Of a stretch of 64,000 nt of DNA, positions 12,065 through 24,104 are shown piece by piece. Origin of the DNA: Pristiophorus japonicus (Eukaryota); assembly GCF_044704955.1 (NCBI RefSeq), contig NC_091985.1, forward strand, positions 41,478,001-41,542,000. The letters run 5' to 3'. The position numbers and the translations under genes are program-made. Position 1 is the stretch's first letter. Each line of letters begins with the position of its first letter. The notes below the pieces were generated by a model. That model searched no databases. It was not told the DNA's origin and was given only the letters and a program-made list of their open reading frames with translations.

Positions 12065-14089
12065 AATATAAGTAGACCAAAACTGTATGCAGTACTCCAG
12101 GTGTGGTCTCACCAAGGCCCTGTACAGTTGTAGCAAGACTTCCCTACTTTTATACTTCATCTCCTTTGCAATAAAGACCAACATTCCATTTGCTTCTTAA
12201 TTACTTGCTGTAACTGCATGCTAACTTTTTGTTTCATATACAAGGAGCTCCAGATCACTCTGTACCGCAGCATTTTGTAGCCTTGCTCCATTTAAATAAT
12301 AATTTGCTTTTTTATTCTTCCTACCAAAGTGGATAACCTCACATTTTCCCGCATTATACTCCATCTGCCAAATTTTTGCCCACTCACTTAGCCTATCTAT
12401 ATCCTTTTGTCAGATTCTTTGTGTGCTCTTCACAACTTGCTTTCCCACCTGTCTTTGTATCATCAGCAAATTTGGCTACATTACACTTGGTCTCTTTATC
12501 CAAGTCATTAATATAGATTGTAAATAGTTGGGGCCCCAGCACTGATCCCTGTGGCCCTCCCGCTAGTTACAGTTTGCCAACCTGAAAGTGACCCATTTAT
12601 CCCGACACTCTGTTTTCTGTTAGTTAGCCAATCCTCTATCCATGCTAATATATTACCCCTAACCCATGAGCTCTTATTTTGTGCAGTAACCTTTTGTGTG
12701 GCACCTTATCGAATGCCTTCTGGAAATCCAAATATATTACCATTTACTGGTTCCCCTTCATCCACCCTGCTTGTTACATCCTCAAAGAACTCCAACAAAT
12801 TTGTCAAACATGATTCCTCTTTCATAAAACCATGCTGACTCTGCTTGACTGCATTGTAATTCTCAATGTTCTGCTACTATTTCCTTAATGATGGACCCCA
12901 GCATTTTCCCAATGACTGATGTTAGGCTAACTAGTCTATAGTTTACTGCTTTCTGTCTCCCTCCTTTCTTGAATAGGGGCGTTACAGTTGCGGTTTTCCA
13001 ATCCACTGGGCCCTCTCCAGAATCCAGGGAATTTTATAGATTACAACCAATAACCAATGCATCCATTATCTTTGCAGCCACTTCTTTTAATTTATCTCCG
13101 TAAATGTCTGCCTCTGCTTTTCTACTGTCTTACCCTTAAATCTATTTTCCCAGTCCACTTTAGCCAACTCTATCTTCATACCTTTATAATTACCTTTACT
13201 TAAGTTCAGGATACTAGTTACAGACCCAAGTTTCTCACCCTCAAACTGAATTTGAAATTCTACCATGCTTTGATCACTCTTCCCTTGAGGATCCTTTACT
13301 ATAAGATCATTAATTAATTCTATCTCATTATACATTAACAGAGGTAAAATAGCCTGCTCCCTTGTTGGTTCCACACCGTATTATTCTAAGAAACCATTCT
13401 GAGTACACTCTATGAACTCATTCTCAAGGCTGTCGTTGCCAATTTGATTTGCACAATCTATGTGAAAATTAAAATTGCCCATGATTATTGCTGTACCTTT
13501 CTTACAAGCCTCTGTTATTTCTTGATTTATACTCTGTCCTACAGTGTGGCTACTGTTTGGGGGTCTGTAGACCACTCCCATCAGTGACTTATTTCCCTTA
13601 TTATTGCTTATCTCCACTAAAACTGATTTCTACATCTTGATCTTCTGAGACAACATCATTTCTCAATTCTGCACTGATCTCTTCCTTTATTAACAGAAAC
13701 AGAGCTATCCCACCTCCTTTTCCTTTCTGCCTATCCTTCCGAAATGTCAAATAGCCCTGAATATTCAGTTTCCAGCCTTGGCCACGTTGCAGCCACATCT
13801 CTGTAATGGCTATCAGATCATACCCATTTATATTTATTTGTGCCAACAGCTCATCTGTCTTGTTACGAATGCTGCGTGCATTCAGATAAAGAGCTTTTAA
13901 TTTTGTCTTTTTACCATATTTCCCTATTCTGACTCTACTTAATGCTGCGCCCTTATGTTTATACACTCTCTCTCCCGTCCTGTCACACTCGAGTTATCAT
14001 TACCCCTATTGTTACTCTGCACTATTACCTTCTCCTTTCTTTTTGACTTTTAAAATTTCCCCTCAGCTGAACCCTGCCCCCCCCCCTTC

Positions 14090-14312
14090 TGATGAGCTAG
14101 CCATCATTTATCCTTCAACCAACATCTAAAAGTAGATGATCTGGTCATTAATTTCATTGCCATTTCGGGGACCATGCTATGTGCAAACTGGCTACTGCAT
14201 TTTGTACATTACAACAGTGACTACACTTCAAAAACACTTTACTGACTGTAAAGCGCTTTGGGATGTCCTGAGATGGTGAAAGGTGCTATATAAATGCAAG
14301 TCTGTCTTTATC
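14090..14312 (+). mobile_element. Deu-domain SINE (SacSINE1/AmnSINE1-like), 3' part
   Basis: acattacaacagtgactacacttcaaaa..ctgtaaagcgctttgggatgtcctgag..gaaaggtgctatataaatgcaagtc matches the DeuSINE core and tail as I recall them. Confidence 0.75.
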
Positions 14313-14319
14313 TTTGACT

Positions 14320-17300
14320 ACCATCTCCGTAAGATCCTGCAAATCCCCTAGGAGGACAGGCGCACCAACGTCAGCCTCATCGAGGCTAAAATCCCAGTAT
14401 TGAAGCACTGACCACACTCTATCAGCTTGGCTGGTCAGGCCACATAGTTCGCATGCCAGATACGAGACTCCCTAAGCAAAAACTTTATGTGGAACTCCTT
14501 CATGGTAAATGAGCCAAAGGTGGGCAGTGGAAACATTACAAGGACACCCTCAAAGTGCGACATCACCACTGACACCTGGGAGACCCTGGCCGAAGACCAC
14601 CCGAGGTGGAGAAAGTGCATCCGGGAGGGCGTTGAGCTCTTCGAGTCTCAACGCAAAGAGCGTGAAGAGGTCAAGTGCAGACAGTGGAAGGAGCACACGG
14701 CAAACCAGCCACACCCACCCCTTCCCTCGACTAATGTCTGTCCTACCTGTGACGGGTCTGTGGCTCGCATATTGGACTGTTTACATAAAAATATAGAAAC
14801 ATAGAAATTAGGTGCAGGAGTAGGCCCTTCGAGCCTGCACCAGCATTCAATAAGATCATGGCTGATCATTCACCTCAGTACCCCTTTCCTGCTTTCTCTC
14901 CATACCCCTTGATCCCTTTAGCCATAAGGGCCACATCTAATTCCCTCTTGAATATATCCAACAAACTGGCAGCAACAACTCTCTGCGGTAGAGAATTCCA
15001 CAGGTTAACAACTCTCTGAGTGAAGAAGTTTCTCCTCATCTCAGACCCCTTATCCTTAGACTGTGTCCCCTGGTTCTGGACTTCCCCAACATCTGGAGCA
15101 TTCTTCCTGCATCTAACCTGTCCAGTCCTGTCAGAATTTTATGTTTCTATGAGATCCCCTCTCATCCATCTAAACTCCAGTGAATACAGGCCCAGTCGAT
15201 CCAGTCTCTCCTCAAGGGTCAGTCCAGCCATCCCGGGAATCAGTCTGGTGAACCTTCGCTACACTCGCTCAATAGCAAGAATGTCCTTCCTTAGATTAAG
15301 AGACCAAAACTGAACACAATATTTCAGGTGAGGCCTCACCAAGGCCCTGTACAACTGCAGTAAGACCTCCCTGCTCCTATACTCAAATCCCCGAGCTATA
15401 AAGGCCATCATACCATTTGCCTCCTTCACCGTCTGCTGTACCTGCATGCCAACTTTCAATGACTGATGTACCATGACACCCAGGTCTCGTATCACCTCCC
15501 CTTTTCAAGTCTGCTGCCATTCAGATAATCTGCCTTCACGTTTTTGCCACCAAAGTGGATAACCTCACATTTATCCACATTATACTGCATCTGCCATGCA
15601 TTTGCCCACTCACCTAACCTGTCCAAGTCACCCTGCAGCCTCTTAGTATCCTCCTCACAGCTCACACCGCCACCCAGCTTAGTGTCATCTGCAAACTTGT
15701 CGATATTACACTCAATTCCTTCATCTAAATCATTGATGTATATTGTAAATAGCTGGGGTCTCAGCACTGAGCCCTGTGGCACCCCACTAGTCACTGCCTA
15801 CCATTCTGAAAAGGACCCGTTTATCCCGACTCTCTGCTTCCTGTCTGCCAACCAGTTCTCTATCCACGTCAGTATATTACCCCCAATACCATGTGCTTTA
15901 ATTTTGCACAACAATCTCTTGTGTGGGACCTTGTCAAAAGTCTTTTGAAAGTCCAAATAAATCACTGGTTCTCCCTTGTCCACTTTGCTAGTTACATCCT
16001 CAAAAAATTCTAGAAGATTTGTCAAGCATGATTTCCCTTTCATAAATCCATGCAGACTTGGACCGATCCTGTCACTGCTTTCCAGATGCACTGCTATTTG
16101 ATCTTTAAAAATTGATTCCAACATTTTCCCCACGAATGATGTCAGGCTAACCGGTCCATAATTACCCATTTTCTCTCTCCCTCCTTTTTTAAAAAGTGGT
16201 GTTACATTTGCTACCCTCCAGTCCATAGGAACTAATCCAGAGTCGATAGAATGTTGGAAAATGATCACCAATGCATCCACTATTTCTAGGGCCACTTTCT
16301 TAAGTACTCTGGGATGCAGACTATCAGGCCCCTGGGGATATATTGGCCTTCAATTCCATCAATTTCCCTAATACAATTTCCTGACTAATAAGGATTTCTT
16401 TCAGTTCCTCCTTCTCACTAGATCTTCGGTCCCCCAGTATTTCTGCAAGGTTATTTGTATTTTCCTTCGTGAAGACAGAACCAAAGTATTTGTTCAATCG
16501 GTCTGCCATTTCTCTGTTCCCCATTATAAATTCACCTGATTCTGACTGCAAGGGACCTACATTTGTCTTCACTAATCTTTTTCTCTTCACATATCTATAG
16601 AAGTTTTTGCAGACAGTTTTTATGTTCCCAGCAAGCTTCCTCTCATGCTCTATTTTCCCCCTCCTAATTAAACCCTTTGTCCTCCTCTGCTGAATTCTAA
16701 ATTTCTCCCAGTTCTCAGGTTTGCTGCTTTTTCTGGCTAATTTATATGCCTCTTCCTCGGATTTAACACTATCCTTAATTTCCCTTGTTAGCCAAGGTTG
16801 AGCCATCGCCCCCGTTTTATTTTTACTCCAGACAAGGATGTACAGTTGTTGAAGTTCATCCATGTGATCTTTAAATGTTTGCCATTGCCTATCCAGTGTC
16901 AACCTTTAAGTATCATTCGCCAGTCTATTCTAGCCAATTCACGTCTCATACTTCCTCAAGTTCAGGACCCTCGTCTCTGAATTAACTGTGTCACTCTCCA
17001 TCTGAATAAAGAATTCTACCATATTATGGTCACTCTTTCCCAAGGGGCCTCATACAACAAGATTGCTAATTAATCCTTTCTCATTACAAATCACCCAGTC
17101 TAGGATGGCCAGCCCTCTAGTTAGTTCCTCAGCATTAAAAACCATCCCTAATACACTCCAGGAAATCCTCCTCCACCGTATTGCTACCAGTTTGGTTAGC
17201 CCAGTCTATATGTAGATTAAAGTCGCCCATGGTAACTACTGTACCTTTATTGCACACATCCCTCATTTTTTCTTTGATGCTGTCCTCACTACTACTGTTT

Positions 17301-17736
17301 GGTGGTCTGTACACAACTCCCACCAGCATTCTCTGCCCTTTGGTATGCCGCAGCTCCACCCATACAGATTGCACATCATCCAAGCTAATGTCCTCCCTTA
17401 CTATTGCGTTAATTTCCTCTTTAATCAGCAACGCTACTCCACCTCCTTTTCCTTTCTGTCTATCCTCCTTGAATGTTGATTTCCCAGCCTTGGTCACCCT
17501 GAAGCCATATCTCCGTGATGCCAATTATATCATATTCGTTAATTGTTGCCTGCGCAGATAATTCCTTCACCTTATTAAGAATACTCCTCGCAATGAGGCA
17601 CAGAGCCTTCAGGCTTGTCTTTTTAACACACTTTGCCCCTTTAGACTTTTGCTGTAATGTGCTTAACCACCAGAGGACTCACTTTGGGAGTGGAAGCAAG
17701 TCTTCCTCAATTCTGAGGGACTGCCTTTGATGATGA
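14320..17736 (+). mobile_element. RTE LINE 3' fragment, split by the CR1 at 14783-17660
   Basis: CDITTDTWETLAEDHPRWRKCIREGVE..CPTC; resumes at about 17668 with the RTE tail gagtggaagcaagtcttcctc..gactgcctttgatgatga. Confidence 0.85.
14783..17660 (-). mobile_element. CR1 LINE, near-complete ORF2 region, degraded
   Basis: Minus ORFs GVVYRPPN, MGDFNLH, YLDFQK, SGVPQGSVL, KFADDTKL and RPHL.YCVQFW; atagaaacatagaaa tail. Confidence 0.95.
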
Positions 17737-17922
17737 CCACCTGAACAGGCAGACTCTTTAACATCTCATTTGAAAGATAGCATCTCCGACAATGTGGAAC
17801 TCCCTCAGTAGTGTACTGAACCATCGGCCTAGATTATATGCTCAAGTCGCTGGAGTGGGGCTTGAAACAAAGATGTTCTGATTCAAAGGGAAGGGTGTTG
17901 TCACTGAGCCATCACTGACACC
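17737..17922 (-). mobile_element. SacSINE1-like SINE, 5' (tRNA-derived) part
   Basis: ggcctagattatatgctcaagtc..ggggcttgaa..cactgagcca matches the right part of the 34485-34865 copy. Confidence 0.7.
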
Positions 17923-19299
17923 GTTACAAATCCAAGCCACCAAATTGCTTCTTTTTAGGTGGATATTAACACTATGACTATTCGTGAAAACTGAGTTGTG
18001 GGGGCAAGGGGATCCAAAGAAAAATGTCACATGCAGACAGACGCTTACTCCCAACTTCTTGCTATTAAAGTTTACTGAAAGTGTTGCAGTACCAGGTTAT
18101 CCACTAGGTGGAATGCCAGCCAGTCTTGTGCAGTGTTTGGTATTATTTCATGTGTCTTTTATTCCTGCTGACTGAATGAAGTCCACATTGGCTGAATTTG
18201 TTGTCTTTAATTTCACTAGCTATGCACTAATGTAAAAATCTCTCTTGGCTTCTTCACCCACAAGTTAATCAAATAAATTGGTATCTGGCAAATAAAATTT
18301 AGCAGTCATCCCTCTCATGCAAGAGGGATAAATTAGGCCCAATGTGTTTGAACTGCGTGTGTCTTGTCTTTTAATTCCTTTCTATTTAATTCAAAGATAA
18401 TTTTTAATATTTGCTTGGTCGCTGGTATAAAATATTATGTTTTGTGGTGTGGTTGCAGTGTTGTAAGGTAGTCCTGTGCAGAAGTGGTATTGCATGTCCA
18501 AGGGACCACACAGCCCTTGTATTTAAAGAAACAACTTTGGTCACTTAATTGTGCCTATGGCAGAAGGCAATAGCTCAGGCTACTGATGCAGCTGACTATG
18601 ATGCAAGCGATTATTACAGCTTTGGTCAGCTATCTACAATATGCAAGCTGATCCTCCAGCAATTACATAATGGGTTATAAAGCCAGCTGCTGCAAATGAT
18701 AAGCTTATCAAAATATGAACTACAAGTACCACACAAAGACGTTGCCAGAAACCCAAATAACTGGAGGCACAAGTTTTTTAAAAAAAGAGTGAGCACGTGA
18801 GATCAGGTGGAATGTTTTTCACCCAAAAGGTAATAGCTATGCCATGTGTTGCCAAGACAGACAATTGGGTTGGACTGTATAAGTGGGTTAAATAGACAAT
18901 TAGAGGTGTTTCTGGAAAGATGAGGACTGAAGGTAGAGTTGACATCTGAAAAAGAAGCATGTTCCTTGGTTCTAATGGCCTGTTTCCATTTCTAAAAGTT
19001 GTTGTATCAGCAGAATCTTAAATTTATGAGCACTCTGGTTTCCACTGAACAGAAGCATTCAATTAATTAGAAACATTGCAGAGTGAAGTTTCACACATCT
19101 TGGCTCAGTCCTTGGTTCCCTTGCTTTTAATGGCTTTGGTCTGACTTTAGGAATTTGTATGGGTGATTGCTGAATCTGGTGCTCCCAGATGGGGGCTGGC
19201 ATCACCGAAATCGAGATTGGGAAGCCAGCAATTTTTCAAGGTGGACTCGAGCAGAGTTCCCCATTGGGATTGTGGAATCACCCAATATGACTTTTACTG

Positions 19300-19410
19300 A
19301 CGGTGCATCGCAGCACTGAGGGAGTCCTACATTGTTGGGATGGAGTCTTCCAGACCAGATATTAAACTGAGGCCCCGCCTGTCTGCTCAGGTGGACATAA
19401 TCGCTGCAAA
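19300..19410 (+). mobile_element. SacSINE1-like SINE internal fragment
   Basis: gcagcactgagggagt..ttaaactgaggccccgcctgtctgctcaggtggacataa, the reverse complement of part of the other copies. Confidence 0.6.
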
Positions 19411-19689
19411 AAATGTTCTCTCGAATGAAATTGTGGGAGTTCCTTTTCATGAATTTTCCAGTTATGTCATTATCAATCAAATCCGTATTATCTAGTACAT
19501 ATGGTAAGGTTGAGAGTACCTATTCCTTGGCTCTTCCCCCACCCCACCCCCCTCCCTCCCTTTTTTTAAAAAAAGAAGCAATTTTACTGTCATTGTAAAC
19601 TGTGCATTTGTTAGAATATGTCCTAATAATTACATTTGTGAATTTCCCAATAATCATTTTGAAGAATTTTTCATGCTTTTAAAGCATAT

Positions 19690-21260
19690 GATAAGCAGAC
19701 ACGTGGCAGATGAAATTTAAAGCAGAGAAATATGAAGTGATTCATTTTGACAGGAAGAATGAGGCGACATAATATCAACTAAATGGTAGAAATTTAAAAG
19801 GGGTGCAGGAACAGAGACCTGCAGGTGTACGTTCACAAGTCTTTGAAGGTGGCAGAACAAGTTGAGAAGACTGTTAAAAAGACATACGGGCTCCTTGGCT
19901 TTATAAATAGAGGAATAGAGTACAAGAGCAAGGAAGTTGTGCTAAAACCTTATAAAATACTGATTAGGCCTCAGCTGATCTATTGGGCCTGAAATCCCGG
20001 TGCTGGGCTTCCCACGGGCGCTGGCCAGAAAACAGTTTTAAAAAAAAAAAAAAGATCCGCACCTAACTTTTGCTGCTGCAGCCTCCAGCGATCCCGGTCG
20101 GAGGCCTCCTCTCCCTGCGCATCGGAGCGCGTTCATGTCTTGCAGATGCGCAGGGAGAAGCTGGAGTCATGTGGCACTGGACAGCCAATCAAGGTAAAGT
20201 ATTCTCATTCGTATAAATAGAAACTTATGCATGAGAATCAGCACCTCACCCCCCCCCAGCAACAAAACACACACTTTTTTTTAAATCACATTTTAAATTA
20301 AAGTTAATAAATGTGTTAGATTAAAATATATATTTTTCGGATTTTTTTTAAAGTTTTGTAATTCGGGTTTAAAATAAATTTACTTTCGTGGGCAGGGTTT
20401 TTAACAAAAATGTGGTATTAAATTTTATTTTGTGTTTTTTATGTTTTAAAACTCTTGCGCTAGTAAAAGTAAGCGATGCGCCTGCTTTTACCAGGCGCAA
20501 GAGTTTTAAGGACATTCGCTGGGCAAGAGATGGGCAAATAGTGCAATCTCGCCCATGCGAATGTCCTTGCTGTCGAGATGAGTTGGATCTGTCGAGCCAG
20601 AACTTGACAGATCGGAAAAACTGCTTTTGACGCATGCGCATCATGTGCCGAAAACCGGCTTTTGCAGGACCTCGCCAGGTCCATACACACTCCGTATGGA
20701 CCCGCTGAGGCTGGAATTTCAGGCCCATTATGTTCAATTCTGGGCATCACATTTTATGAAGGATGTCGAGAACTTCGGGTGCAGAGGAGATTTACTAGAA
20801 TGGTACCAGGGATGCAAGACTTCAGTTACATGGAGAGACTAGAGAAACTTTTTTTTTCTCCTTGGAGCAGAAAAGGCTAAGGGAAGATTTGATAGAAGTA
20901 TTCAACATCATGATCAGTTTAGATAGGGTAAATAAGGAGAAACAGTTTTCAGTGGCAGTAGACTCAGTAACCAGAGGACATAGATTTAAAGTAATTGGCA
21001 AAAGAACCAGAGGCAACATGCGAAAAAAAAAATGTTTGCAGTGAGCTGTTATGATCTGGAATGTGCTGCCTGAAGGGTAGTGGAAGCATATTCAGTAATA
21101 ACTTTCAAAAGGAAATTGGATAAATACTTTAAGGGGAAACATTTGCCGGTCTATGGGGAAAGAGCAGGGGAGTGAGAATCATTGGAGAGCATTTTCAAAC
21201 AGCAGCTCAGACATGATGGGCCGAATGGCCTCCTGTGCAGTATGATTACATGATTCTATG
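19690..21260 (+). mobile_element. CR1 LINE 3' fragment, interrupted by a MITE at 19985-20726
   Basis: QRRFTRMVPGMQDFSYMERLEKL and TRGHRFKVIGKRTRG; CR1 3' UTR ending atgattctatg. Confidence 0.88.
19985..20726. mobile_element. MITE (742 bp), Harbinger-like, 3-bp TSD ATT
   Basis: TIRs gggcctgaaat and atttcaggccc; ATT at 19982-19984 and 20727-20729; the host CR1 rejoins when the element is removed. Confidence 0.88.
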
Positions 21261-21382
21261 CTAAATTTTAGCTTAACCTATTGTTTGGTTTATATTTTTG
21301 ATAGTCTTTCTATGGTTTGTGACAAAGATTGAACACATTTGTTCCAGAGTCTCCGCAATATTGCAATATACTGTATAACCAT

Positions 21383-21561
21383 GGGCTGGATTTTTGGTTT
21401 GTTGCCGCCTCTGTTTTCACCCCGATGGGGCAGCAATGGTGGCGGTCAGCTCTTCCAGGTGGGCGGCCACCTTCCAGCCACCCGCCGGGATTTTCGGGGG
21501 CAGTTTCAGCGGGGCACAGAGCATTACCGCCCCGAAATGAGCAAAGCCAAAAATCCTGCCC
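21383..21561. mobile_element. Short MITE (about 180 bp)
   Basis: TIRs gggctggattttt and aaaaatcctgccc (one mismatch); GC-rich interior; no clean TSD. Confidence 0.7.
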
Positions 21562-22794
21562 AACTTGTGTTTTTATAGCATAAAATAACTTTCAACTTAA
21601 GGTATCGAATTTTACTCAATCAACAGCAAATTGATTGCCCTTTGCTTCTTGTTGAAAATATTGATATTTTATGCACCGATGCATTTAAGACCAGCAGCAT
21701 CTTACAAAGGTTTCCCACAGTGCTGAAGTTGATGTGTCCTTTTCTATTCCATCTGCACAATGGGAAATGGGGGATCCATTAGCAAGAGACTTCAGTGAGG
21801 CGTGAGTCATGATCTGATGCATTACTCCTACCAAATGCATGCCTGGGAAAAGAACATTTTTTTGTACCGTTTTGACTGTTTACGGTCAACATTGGTTACT
21901 CAAAAAGCCGGAAAAGCATGACCAGGAATTAGAATGACGTTCATCCTACGCTTCCTAAGCAATATGTTTGATCATCAATCCAGAATGGTAACTTCTGCTA
22001 TTCCAGTGTGAATTCTCTGTTAACTACGTGAGCTGTTCTTGCAGCATTCTATGAGCGAGATTAGCAATTTAGTTCTGAATTGTGAGCAGTTTTGCCCTGT
22101 GTGTACACAACTACTGAAGATTTGTATGCACCTGCCCTGGGTTGATGTGACTTTGAATCCTTTGAGCCATCTGAAAGAGACGAAACTTTCATATTTGTCT
22201 GGGCTGCTGTGAAAGCTGGGACTCAAAGCAGGATGAATGATGCTGTTAGTGCACCTAAATGAATACAATTTGGCCATCTTTAGGTAGGATAAAATAACAT
22301 CAAGTTTGACAGTCCAATTGATGTTTGTATTAAAAGGAATTTATATTTCTAAGAAAATACATAAGCATATTTGTACATTACATAGATCAACTTTTATTAA
22401 AACCTCCAGTTCTCTACTGAAATATTAACTGCTCATTGAACAGAACGAAGAGCCAACAATTGTGTTTTCATTGGCTTTCTGAAGAGGTCCTCAAAATGTA
22501 ACCTAGTCTTATTTTGCACAGGGTAGTTAAACTTAATGATTAAGCTTCTAAAACTTCGAAGATCCAGCTCAGGAAAGTTTGTTCCTCCCTTGTTTTACTT
22601 GTTGATTTTGTGTCTGAGGTTCTCCGACCCTATTTCACCGGTTTTATTTGAGTCAAAGTTGACCACAATTTAATTTTCAAAATTAGAGTAAATGCCACAC
22701 ATTTTTGCTTTTATAAATTGCTCAAATTTGAAAGTATTTATAGTTGACTTTTTGACTGTGGCATTAATTGGTGCCTTTTTGTTTTGATTCACAG

Positions 22795-22846
22795 CAAAGG
22801 TTGATCAAGAATCTAAGGAAGTTTTCTTGTCTGGAACTCACAAAAG
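22795..22846 (+). CDS. Candidate 52-nt internal exon of an unidentified host gene
   Basis: Pyrimidine tract cctttttgttttgattcacag, then the exon, then donor AAG|gtaatt; lies in repeat-free DNA; two open frames (QRLIKNLRKFSCLELTK or xKVDQESKEVFLSGTHKx). Confidence 0.5.
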
Positions 22847-23821
22847 GTAATTTTTTCACATTTCTGATCATACAGTAGAATGCTCTTTAGTTTAGCAAAA
22901 TGCTCTCCATTAATGTTCTGTTCATAATATTTAAAAAATGAATTGGTATCTAGAAAAACTTGCTCTTATTAATGAGCGCATATTAACTGATGTTTATTGT
23001 GTCAAAGTTTACATGGGTTTGCAGGTGTAAGGGATCAGGGAGACTATTCTTTCCCTGTATCATTTATTGTACATCAGATATCCAAAATGAAATTCTTGTC
23101 TTGTGCTGCATCCAAGATTTGCTAATTGCTTTGAAGATCATATCTACTTTTAGTTCAAACACTGGTGCTATTTATCTTGGAAGACCTGGTTGTTGATGGC
23201 AACATTCCCGAACGTGGTAATATTGTGCTTCAATGAATGAAAGTTGGGATGAAAATTAGTTCACATTTTTTAGTCTTAATTGAACTGCATAGCGGAAAGA
23301 CACAAGTTGAACATGTCAATTGAAATTATATGAAGTTGTAACATTCAGGCGGTGTGTTTTCCTTCCTCTTTCCTTCCCTCTCTCGTTTCTTTTTTCTCTT
23401 CTTTCAATGGTGCTGGCAATCCTCCTTCACTCTTCACTCATTTCTTACTAGGCGAGTCGGAATGTAACCAAGCTATTTGGCCATGGGGACTTCACTATCA
23501 TTCCTGATTCTGTCTTGGCCTGATGTCCATTCACATGCTTTGCAACCCAGTTAATGCAGCTGAAGTCAAATGTTGCCCCCCGCCACTATGCTGGCTGACC
23601 ATCACTAAGTCAGCCTATATTAAAGGTTTGACTCAGGTTGGCAAACTAAATAGTGGGGTGCCACAATGATCAATGCTGAGGCCCCAACTATTTATAATCT
23701 ATATTAATGACTTGCATAAAGGGACTAAGTGTAAAGTAGGCAAATGTGCTGATGATACAAAGATAGGTGGGAAAGCAAGTTGCGAGGAGGATGCAAAGAT
23801 AAAAGTTCACGGGGTTGGGGG

Positions 23822-24067
23822 TGTCATGTATTTCACCATCTTGCAATGACAATAGTTATGTAACTGTAACTCATGCACACTGTACCTGTACCCTTGAAAT
23901 GCATACCCTGACCACGGGGTGAGCTTGCGGGAGACACTCCTCACCTGGGTTTCCAGGTATAAAAGGGGAGGTCCCACCCAAGGTCAGCACTCCTTGGCCC
24001 TGGGAATAAAGTGAAGGTCACAGAGTGACCGTGTCGTGAGTTTGTAACAAGGTGCAGAGACACTACA
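23822..24067 (+). repeat. 5' LTR
   Basis: tgtcatgtatttcacc...gcagagacactaca; contains tataaaa and aataaa; direct repeat of 28253-28490. Confidence 0.95.
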
Positions 24068-24069
24068 TT

Positions 24070-24079
24070 TGGCGACGAG
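24070..24079 (+). promoter_or_regulatory. Primer-binding site, tRNA-Ser(GCU) type
   Basis: tggcgacgag 2 nt after the LTR, complementary to a tRNA 3' end ..CUCGUCGCCA. Confidence 0.85.
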
Positions 24080-24104
24080 AAACGGGAATTACCGAACCAC
24101 GAGG

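Larger units (their letters stand above)
9008..14085 (-). mobile_element. CR1 LINE (EN and RT, internal deletion near 13085), interrupted by a Harbinger-type element at 9527-12064
   Basis: taagaacataagaaat tail at about 9010; minus ORFs LYLNARSIRNK..IAITE.WL, GVVYRPPN and EPTREQAIL; the RT region continues across the insertion. Confidence 0.92.
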
